Source of the DNA: Yuukianura sp. NJ FZ-2021
Taxonomy: Eukaryota
Length of the DNA stretch: 64,000 nt
Reading direction: 5' to 3'
Assembly: GCA_046563655.1 (NCBI GenBank)
Contig: CM102284.1
Coordinates: 8,308,001 to 8,372,000 of the forward strand
Shown one piece after another: positions 54,501 through 64,000 of the stretch (positions within the stretch are counted from its first letter, which is position 1; the number at the start of each line of letters is the position of its first letter). A program made the position numbers and the translations under genes. The notes below the pieces were generated by a model, which made no database searches, was not told the DNA's origin, and saw only the letters and a list, made by a program, of their open reading frames with translations.

Positions 54501-57236
54501 TCACAATTTTGACAAAAGGTCAGAAACAAATTCAAATTCAACAAAATTAAAAGAAAAGCTAAAGATTCTGTTTTTTAAATTTTTTTTCAAAAATATTTTT
54601 GATTTTTGAATGTTTAGGAAGTTCTGGAAGGGACTTTGATGTTGTGGTGAGTGGGCCTGGAGGTGTAGCTGTCCCTGTACGATGCTACCAACAGCGAGAT
54701 GGAAATCTTAGAGCGGAATTCACTCCAGGATTTCCCGGAATCCACGAAGTGGGAGTGTATCAAAGGAGCAAAGAGGTCAAAGGGTCCCCCTACACTTGTA
54801 ATGTCTTTGACCCTCAGAAAGTTCTCATCGGAGCAGTACCCCCTGTAGTGACTTTGGGACAATCAGTCATTGTGCCAGGTACATTTTAATGACATGTCAA
54901 CGTCAAAGTTAACTTCAAGTTCAATTTTTAAACTTTTAAATTCTAAATTTTAATGTGTTTTTTTTTTGTAGTTGACTTGAGTGAATCCGGTCTGGCTCTA
55001 CTGGAGTCTGATGTGACCGGTCCAGAAGGCCTTCCAAAGCCATTATTTCCCACGATCAGCGACAATTCTCTCCGATTCACCCCGAAAAGACCCGGGAAGT
55101 ACAAGATCATGTTGAGTTACGGTGGAGAGCCAGTTCCTGGATGTCCTCTTGTCATCCAGGCAGAAGAAGCTGGAGCTGCCAAAGCAGACGGACATGGACT
55201 GTTCCAGGCTCATGTTGGCAAAACAGCGACATTCATCGTCGATGGTCCAGGATTGCCTGGCTCTCCGTCTGTCACCGTAGAAGGACCAGATTCAGTTGCC
55301 AAATGTGAAGTCAAACGAATCATGAACAACCAATCAGAATCCGGATCCCTGTTTCAAGCTTCCTACGTTCCGTTAGAAGTCGGAGTTTTTGATATCCGAA
55401 TCACTTGGGCTGGAATGGACATTCCTGGATCACCATTTCACCCTCGAGTCGTTGACAGCTCAAAACTGCGCGTGATTGGTGGATGGGAGGCTCAAGTAGA
55501 TGAAAACAACGTTCTGCAATTAGTGGTCGGAGAAGATCGAAAAATTGCTTTCAATACGACCGATGCCGGTCCGGGAATTCTGGAAGCCAAGATGGAACCA
55601 ACTGGAAATTCTATTGCTCCGAATTCAGATTCGTGTCGAGTCGAAACAGCAACTCTGTCAAGATCCAAAGTATTTTTGAGTCCGACGAAACCCGGAGAGT
55701 ACCGACTCACTTTACTTTGGGGTTCGTTTGAAATCGAAGGAGCTCCGAAGTTTACTTATGTCCATGCAGTACCGACTGGAGAAGTTGAAGGACCGGTTTT
55801 ACTCACCGGTCCCGGTACGGTATCGGCTCGATGTGGAGAAGATGCGCAGTTTACAATCGATGCTTCCTTGGCTGGGATTGGTTCACCTCAAGCCGTTCTC
55901 ACGTGTATGGACATAGAAGTTCCAGTTGTAATTCAACCAATGGGAGGCGGCACTTTTCGAGCAACGTATTTCCCGCGTTTTCCAGGAAAATATTTACTGA
56001 AAGCAAGTTGGGCTGGAAAACCGATTCCCGGAACTCCGCTGACTGTTCAAATCGGAGCCAATGGAAATGCAAGTAAAGTTATTTGCAGTGGTGACGGCCT
56101 TAGAGTTGGCAATGTTGGAAAAGACATCAGAAGTTTCATCGATACGAGACGAGCCGGCCCTGGAGAGCTGACTGCCCAGTGTATGGGCATGCGCAAAACG
56201 GCTTATTGCGAACTGTACGACCACGCAGATGGAACTTTTACTTTGAACATTCGACCACAAGAAGCTGGAAAACATGCGTTGAGTATCAAGTATTCTGGAG
56301 ACCATGTTCCCGGAAGTCCATTCAATTTGAAAGTGGTTGGACTGCCGGATGCTTCCAAGGTCAAAGTTTATGGTCCAGGAATTGAACACGGAGTTTTGGC
56401 TACTTTTCAATCAAGGTTCATCTGTGACACGAGAGGAGCTGGAGCTGGTCAACTCACAGTTAGAATCAGAGGACCAAAAGGTATTTTTAAACGAAAATGT
56501 TGAAAAACTCATTTGTATAACTTTTTCATAAGAGAATTTCGAAAAAGCATCTTTTAAAATTCCAACACCGGAAGGAGTAAACTGAGAAAATCGCAATTTT
56601 GAGAACGAAAATTTCATGAAATTGTTATCCGGCGCTTATTAATGACAAAAAAAAAGATTTTGCGTCACTATCGAGTTGATGGATGACCTTGAAAAATTTT
56701 CCGACTGTTTAATTACTACTTTTAAGTTTGCCAAAGTTGTTTGTTTTGTGTATTTTTTGCACTATTGACGTTTGAAAGGAAGTCTGTTCACTCTTTTTTC
56801 AACTTTTTATGAGCTTACTTTTCATTTTTGTTTGTTTTTAGGTGCATTTCGCGTGGAAATGCAACGAGAGAACCAGAAGGATCGTACTATTTTGTGTAAA
56901 TTTGATCCGACTGAACCAGGAGACTATCGAATTGAAGTTCGTTGGGCAGGAGAACACGTTCCAGGGTCACCATTCTCCGTAATGATCTTTGACACGCAAG
57001 AGGAACTGCACCACTTCATCCAAGTGAGACCAACTAAAATAATTAACACCTTCTACTCAAACATTTAGCCTTGCTTCAATTGATTACTTTTTAATTTAAA
57101 AATAATTACTTTATAATTTATTTAATTGCAGGGTGGCCCATCACCACTAATCGCAGGAAATCAATCAGACTTCTATGGGTCAACAGGCTACTCCAATGGG
57201 CATACCAGTTGGAGAGGATCACAAGCTCAATTGTAA
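39521..57236 (+). CDS. jbug: Filamin, jitterbug type (tandem CH domains plus many Ig-like filamin repeats)
   Basis: MLNSEGNRIST|VGLVARSPEGHAAKGMQIKGNEDVWREIQAHTFRNWVN, LVNI|GNVDIVNGNLKLILGLIW, many G-SPF/AGxGxL filamin repeats, and C-terminal SWRGSQAQL* (TAA at 57234-57236). The start exon 39521-39553 is inferred from phase. Confidence 0.92.
42460..42710. repeat. Degenerate intronic tandem repeat (AAACGCAAACTGGGAAATAACAAAAGTAGC-like)
   Basis: Several near-copies of GAAATTACAAAAGTAGC and AAACTGGGAAAT in filamin intron 2. Confidence 0.7.
44637..44740 (+). repeat. 28-bp tandem repeat making up most of a filamin intron
   Basis: Units begin with GTA at 44637, 44665, 44693 and 44721. Confidence 0.85.
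45258..45441 (+). repeat. Coding repeat in the filamin Ser-rich insert (SSSFKKSHDLDH x~5)
   Basis: Repeated TTCAAGAAATCACATGACCTTGAC-like units in the 44951-45609 exon. Confidence 0.85.
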
Positions 57237-57679
57237 AACAGTTGCAAAAAGTTAAAAACTTTGCAACTTTTAAGAATTACAATTCTAGATTTAAGAAAAA
57301 CAACGAAATTCGAGATGCAAAAAAATTATATGTTTACGTAATTTATTCCGAATTAGTTTTTCAAAACAAAATCCGTTATATATTTTCAGTAAAGTGTTAA
57401 TTTTTTGTTGTAAAAGGCAGCTCTTTAAAAGTTGTGCAGTTAAGACGTATACGCTACTTTTATGCTGAGAAGCAAAGTTGAAGTTTAAAAATTTACGTTT
57501 TGTTGTTCTCTTTGAAAAGTGTTTGATGAACAAATAAAAACAACGAAATTGTTTATTCTTTACATGAATGGAAATGAAGTGAATTAATTGCGTAAAGTTA
57601 GTTGAGTTAATTGGTTAGTTACATTAGAGAAATTAATTAACATTTGGTTAATTGGTTTTTCGTTATGAAGTTGTGCAAA

Positions 57680-58935
57680 CTATGATTCTGCAACTGAAAT
57701 GGAACGTTCAGCCGATAGAAATCACTGGAAAATGTAATTTTAAAAAAAAAAGTCTAAAATGGGAAACCATGGGTGTGAATTTGAAAATTTTGAAGTGTAC
57801 TTTTGCATTGGGAGATAGGCGAGAGAGCAGAAAAGTAGATCGGAGATTTTACGAAGCGAAGAGGCGACATAGGGCTATTTCTCTCCTTTGCTTTTTGTAT
57901 GGGAAGGGAAGTGCGGGGCAAAGGATAGGGAAGGGAGTGTAGCCTTCTTGCTTCGCATAATCGCCTGTCAACTTTTCCTCTCTTCTGCCTATCCCTCAAT
58001 GTTAAACTTCAGTTCAAAACCAGAGTGGGTGACAAGGGTGGTGTACAGTAACTCATACAAAAACCACACAAATTCAGGGGGTGACAAGAATTGTGCCAGT
58101 AGCTGCTTCACCAACCACATAAATTATTCAAACACTAATTTCACTTATTTTCCCGCGGTTTTGAAACAGATCCGTGTCAAGTTAGTTTTCGTCGTTCATA
58201 TGTTTGGAACAATAACAAACCAACTGGTTTTAATTAAAATTAGTAATTAATTATTAATTGTAAATCCCCACAATTTTCTAATTAAGCTACACCAGTTTAC
58301 GACTTAGCCAATAATCAGGACGTCATTACTGTTGTGTTAATTTGCTTGATTGCTTTTAATTATAATTACTAGTTAGCTGAAAGTAAGGAAGTATCCGCTT
58401 CATGTGAGTCTGCATTGCATTTTCAACATAAAATCTAGGAACTATTAAACTATGATGCATAAGCTTTATTTTTCAAAATTCAACAAAATTTTGAACATTA
58501 TTTGCAATTTTTTTGTGCCAAATTAAGTGTGTGGATTATTTGCAAAAGAGATGCTTGCGGAATACTATCGATGGAGTTGAGTCAAGTTATGTAAAATATG
58601 ATTCTGCAACTGAAATGGAGCGTTGCTGCAATAGAAATCAGTGAAAAGTTGAATTTTTAATGAATTTTGTAAAATGGGAAAGCATATTTGCATTTGGAAG
58701 GATATTTGCAAAAGAGATGCTTGCGGAGTACTATCGATGGAGTTGAGTCGTGATTTGTACTAGCTGTGCAAATGATCGTGACCTCCAAGTTCAAGTTTTG
58801 AAAGAGTCTTTTGCATGGGGAGATAGGCGAGAGAGCAGAAAAGTAGATCGGAGATTCTACGAAGCGAAGAGGCGACATAGGGCTTTTGGTCCTTTTCAAC
58901 TTTTGAGTTGTGACGTCACTCCACTCGGCATTCCC
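57680..58935. repeat. Cluster of local duplications and a long foldback downstream of filamin
   Basis: 57800-57876 equals 58808-58884 (2 mismatches in 77 bp). About 57681-57767 resembles 58597-58681, and about 58538-58583 resembles 58703-58749. 57806-58001 is an imperfect inverted repeat. Confidence 0.85.
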
Positions 58936-59924
58936 ACCTTAATTGAAATCAGGGATGGAAAAAATTAATTTTCGTATGGCGTCTGCATGTAGCAAAACAA
59001 ATTTCAAAAATTTGTAAATAAAATTTCAAAAAACTCTCAACCTGCCAATGGCGGGTGAACGTTATATTGTTGTATTTTCATGAAAGAAATTGAATAAATC
59101 AATTTCAAAAAGTTCAAACTTTCAGTTTACATTTTCAAATTTTCCTATATTCAAATCAGATTGGAACTTTTCGCAGTTTTCAAATTTAGATACATCCAGC
59201 TAGACGACAACTTTTTGGCGTTTTTAATTTTAAAAATGCCAGTCAGCCTTCACCTTTTCTGAGTTTTTCTTGTTTAGTTTTTTCTTTTGTCATTGAACAA
59301 AGTGTTTTAGTCCGTCAAGAATTTGTTGTTGTAATTTAAAAGTGTTTAGTTTAATGAACAATGGAGAACTGTTTATTGTTTGCACAAGAACTGAAATGAG
59401 GAGAGTGAGAATTACGGAATTAACATTTGCAATCTATTGCGCAAAGTTGATCTTGTTTATTAATCTGATTCCCCACAAGGAAAGAACAAGTCCAAGTATT
59501 TAGTTGCTGTCTGATTTAATTGTGACAACTTATTAAAAAACTGAAACTGACTCTCCTTGAAATGATTTCTTCTTGGCCTTCATTTCAACATAACAGAAGT
59601 GAACAACTAAACTACAAACTTTAGTCCACTCAATCAATCAAACTACATACACTATTTTGAGCATGTACAAACTTAAAATTACTCAACTTGAATTAAACAG
59701 AGGTCAAAGGTCAAGTGAAAACTGAAACAAGTTTGAAGATGCGTAAAAATCTGATTCAATTTTTCATTGTCTTCTTCTTAATTGCTCGTTTTCCTTTTGC
59801 GTACTTAAAGTAATTAATTTGACAAAGTGTCACATTGTCTTTTGGCATTGTGTGCTCTTCAATTTGTTGACTTTTATGCTTAAATTGTTTAATTATGTTA
59901 ATTAATTAAAGTATATTTTTAATT

Positions 59925-62710
59925 CTACTCAAGGTCAGCCTCTGCTGAGCGTGTAGCCCTCAGGTAAATGAAAACTCCGATCGTCACGACCATCGCAGCT
60001 ACCAAAATTCCCAAAATGATGAGAAACGCCGTGAAAAACATTCCGGCGGGACCGCTGCCTGCTTCCAGCACCGTGGCTGCTTCGTGACCTGTGGCGTGAC
60101 GAGGCGGCGGAGCGTCAACTTCATTGACCTTGGCATTGTCCTTCCTGATTGGTTCTTCCGTGACCTCTTGTGACCCGTCATAACTGTCCGGGGGTGGGGA
60201 GTGAGGATGCTGCTCGGTGGGAGGAATTCTGCTCTGAGGAGGAGCCGTCACTTCTGAAATCTGCTCAGGTTCCAGAAGATTTTCGTGTTCTGATCCAGCC
60301 GTTATCGGCTCGAATGGCGCGAAAGTCGTTTGTTGAGGTGGAGCCGTTTCAAATGACGGCGGTGGAGCCGTTACGGCCGGTTGAAATGGTGGAAAAGTTG
60401 ATGCAGCCGGTTGAAACGGTGGAAAAGTTGTTACAGCTGGTTGAAACGGTGGAGAAGTTGTTCCAGCCGTTTGAAACGTTGTTCCAGCCAATTGGAACGG
60501 TGGGAAAGTTGTTTCAGCCGGTTGAAATGGTGGAAAAGTTGTTTTAGCCGGTTGAAATGGTGGAAAAGTTGTTTCAGCCGGTTGTAAGGGAGCCGTTAGA
60601 GGCGGAAATGTCGTAACGGCTGGCTGGGGCTGCAAAGTAGGCGGAGTTGTGGGATCTGGAACTGTGATTGGTGGAGAAGTTGGAGGTTGTGGCCGATTGG
60701 TCAGAACTATTGGTGGTATTGTCGTCGGCGCGGAAGTAACTTCTTTGACTGTTGTTGTTTGCGAAACTAGATTGACATTTGGATTAAGATCAATCGCTCG
60801 CGGATTTGGCGTGACCTTGAGATTCAGTTCAGATTTTGAAGTCGTCGTGAGGATTCCGCTTGGCGGCGGATGGATGATGACGATGGTTGGTGGATTTGTG
60901 GGAATTGAAGGTTCAGGTCGTTTTTTGATTGGGCGTTCCGTGAATTTCACTTCAGTTATTTTGAATCCCTGAATGTCGCCAGGAATATACTGCGGTCCGA
61001 GTTGGTGACCTCGTCCTTCACGTGACCTTGGAGTCGTGACGACATTTGTCGTCGGTACAATGGGTGTCGTGACGACATTAGTTTGCGGCAAGTTGAACGT
61101 CGTTTGTGCAATATTGTCTTTTGAATCAGCGATATAAATTTTAGTCTGCTTGTTTTTGGATTGTGCCAGATTTTGTGGACATCCAGATCGTACCGACGCT
61201 ACCGGCATGATACCGAATTTCGTCGGTTCGCTTCCGGAATCCCGCATATTTCCGCGACCAGTGTTAAAATTTGGCGAAAAGCTTAAGCAAGCCGACTGGC
61301 CATCAAAGTTTGGTCCACTGAAGACCATCCAGTTTGAGGTTCCAGAGATCTGAAATGTGTCAAAGGTCATCATGCAGGGAAGACGCAGTTCTGTTCCACT
61401 GAAGGTCATGGAAGAGTTGGAGTCTGATAGAGACAGAGTCAGTGAAACTGAGTTCCTGCTTAACGCAAAACCTGGAATTTTTTGTAAAAAATTAGTTAAA
61501 AACATGTTTTTTCTAGCTTAAAAGTGAATTTTGTGTTGAAAATCCCCTGTTTTTGTTATTTTAGAATAAATTAAGAGCGAGTTACTCAATTCCGAGTTAG
61601 TGGGAACTCGTTTTTCGAGGACTCCTGAAGGCTGCAGAACTTGATTGCCAAAACAACCACGCCGCAGGGATGAGGCACTTATGGTCAGCTTGGCAGTGTA
61701 GGTGACTCCGATGGACAGCCCTGCTTCGTCACACTTGCACTGCAGACACACTGAGTCACCGCTGAAGTTCGGTCCGGCATAAAGTGTCCAACTGTCCCGA
61801 CCTGCGTTGATTGATGACACATTATGTTAGTCACGTCTAGCATTCCATAAAGTGACCATTCCTGGGAATTTTTGCAAATTTTTACGGGATTTCCCGGAAT
61901 TCTTCCGGGATTCCTCGGAATTCTTGCGGAATTTCCTGGAATTCTTCCGGGATTTGCTTAAAAGAAGGTCCGCTTACCGGTAAAACCGAACGAACCGAAG
62001 TCGAACTGTGAACTGACGAATGACAATTCTTGACCGTTGACATAAAGTTCGTCAGAGGCGAAGAATGGCTCTTTGTATAGACTGAGAGAGGAGGTGTCAA
62101 GGTCACTGTTCCCCACATGACGCAGAGACCGAAATGGCGACTGCCAGTCAGCCATAATTCTGCGTTTTGCACATGTCCAGGCTGGAGTGGCTGGATGATA
62201 CCCGTATGAGTGGATCGTCGTGTAGTTTTTACCCGTAAAAAATGCCCAGCTACAAAAATTCACAAATTTCACTCTTCAAATTTTCAATTTCACAAAAATA
62301 AATTTCAAGGAATTAAAAAGTTTGTTGAGAACGATGCACGCCGTTGAGTAAAACATCACGGTTGTAAATTAGGAAAAGTCCATACTTTCTAGATTCCAAT
62401 CATTCCAATATGACTCATTCGTAATTTTCAAAAAATGAACTGAGGTGTGTTAAAATGTTAAAATTTGAAGTTTAATTACAAATTGATTGATTATTGCTTA
62501 CACGCCCATTTGGGAGCAGACAGATTGGAGTTTATTGTCCCTCACAATGTCAGAGAACAGTTCGAGGTCAGGCACGTTCTTAGTGTAATTTTCACTTGCA
62601 TCAGTCACTGAATACAACGAAAACTGCTGAACTCGTCTACTGTGTCCAATAAAAATTAAAGCTGAAAAAACGAAACTAAAAACTAAAATTTTATAAAAGT
62701 TCCGCTCCAT
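59925..62710 (-). CDS. Type I membrane protein: signal peptide, beta/gamma-crystallin-like Greek-key domains, Pro/Thr mucin-like stalk, TM and short tail; 4 exons
   Basis: Signal MERNFYKILVFSFVFSALIFIGHS. Motifs VWAFFTGKNY, FRSLR, WTLYAGPNFSGDSVCL..ASSLRRGC and WMVFSGPNFDGQSACL..VASVRSGC. TTFPPFQPA repeats and TM FFTAFLIILGILVAAMVVTIGVFIYL. The first two exon junctions were checked in phase. Confidence 0.75.
60370..60630 (-). repeat. Coding 27-bp repeat (TTFPPFQPA) in the mucin-like stalk
   Basis: GCCGGTTGAAA(T/C)GGTGGAAAAGTTG units repeat on the + strand. Confidence 0.9.
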
Positions 62711-63837
62711 GTTGATCTTGAACTTGAAAACACAACGAAACAATGTAAAGTTTAATTTTTGACTTTGAATTTGCCAATTCGCACGGACACGCTTCACTCC
62801 ACTTCTGGTTTCACACGCCTTCAGTCAAAATCTGATTCTTTTCAATTTCAAAAAAGTAACAAACCGCAGAAACAATGCAATCAAGCATGTAAATTTTCCA
62901 ATTCCTAACCTTGCCTTTTCAACTAAAGTCAAATATTTACACTTCCCGTGTTGTAATTGTTCAGTTCTCAAGAATTGGTTTGATGAGATCAGCTTTTCAC
63001 ACGTTGTCCACTTAGAGTTGCTAATTTTATTCGCAGAGACAAACAGGAATGTTAAAATTTCGAACAATAGGAACCACACCTCTCTTCCACTTGGACACTC
63101 GAAGATCACTTTAAGATCACTTACAAGATTCCTACAGTCATCTCACCTTTGCCTTCCACCTATCCATGCTTCAGAGGAAACAATGACTAACGCAATCAGA
63201 ATCACTAACACAATTCCAAGTTTTTGCAGTTCTTTTTGCACTTTGTGCAAATAATGGATTCCAGTTAGTCCAGTTTCTCTCTTCATTCACACGAACAACA
63301 CTTTAAGAAGAACCGCCGCTTTTTAGTAGTCATTTCGAATGATGCTCAGGTCTTCAACTTCTGAATTGAAACAAAGCAAATAAACACCAAGGTCAGCTTT
63401 AATTATGAGAAAAAGTGTGGAAGTTTTTGAGTCAAAGGCTTCAAGACTTTGTGAACTTGAAATGAAACTGAAACAAAAAGTCAAGGCGGTTTTGGAAAAT
63501 TTTCGCTTTTTTGTTCAACATTTTTTGAAAGGTCAGCATTTAGGAGGAACTCCGATGTTTTTTGAAGAATATGTCATGTTGATTTGTTAAGAAACTTGTG
63601 CAAAATGAGATGGACATGCGAGATAAAGGTTTATTTGCAAAACGAAGATGAAATGTAAAGATAATTTTGAATGCTCAAACGAAACAATGGGATGGAAATA
63701 AAGTTAATTGATTAATAATTATTCACTCACCTTAATTCCAATGTACAACTCAATTATTGAGCTGTACGTTGCAATTAATGTGAGTGTGACAGTTTTTTTT
63801 ATTACAACGCCATGCGAAAAATAATTTAGCGGAGCAT

Positions 63838-63979
63838 AGGTAAACAGTGTGCAACGCTTGCAAAACAGCACAGTGCGATTAGCGTGTATTTTTGCGTCGT
63901 GCAGACTGCTATCCTAAAAGTGGACCCTCGATTTTGGCCGGATCTTATGCGGAGATTATGCGAATCAAAAAGGCTCCCC
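63838..63979. repeat. Inverted copy of the 5055-5199 interspersed repeat
   Basis: GTCGTGCAGACTG(C/T)TATCCTAAAAGTGGAC..CGATTTTGGCCGGATC..ATGCG...CAAAAAGGCTCCCC is shared. Weaker similarity extends to AGGTAAACAGTG at 63838. Confidence 0.85.
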
Positions 63980-64000
63980 TATTTCCCTCCTCACCCCTTT

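Overview
Compact, intron-rich eukaryotic genomic DNA from an arthropod. The jitterbug-type filamin, an SLC34 gene and a beta/gamma-crystallin-like ectodomain suggest a non-insect pancrustacean such as a springtail or crustacean; this is inference. I assembled about 12 spliced genes by hand from splice signals and reading-frame phase: a 4-TM orphan (+), NADP-IDH (-), SLC34 Na/Pi cotransporter (+), a divergent TMBIM/lifeguard-like gene (+), a BOD1-like gene (-), PIGA (+), Rab6 (-), Cullin-4 (+), TM9SF2 (+), two large low-complexity orphans (-), a jitterbug filamin (+) and a beta/gamma-crystallin-like/mucin type I membrane protein (-). The most notable observations are: a second, in-phase terminal exon for Rab6 giving an alternative CxC-prenylated tail; a possible highly diverged p150-Glued domain gene next to a disordered protein, both with LC8-type motifs; a 49-bp x4 duplication of a Cul4 exon/donor junction; three GC-AG introns; a modular interspersed repeat family (5.0, 57.8, 58.8 and 63.9 kb); two MITE-like foldbacks; and pervasive TGACCTT (DR1-like) and periodic A/T intron sequence. 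I saw no rRNA, tRNA, CRISPR or autonomous transposon. Family assignments rest on recalled motifs, not database searches.
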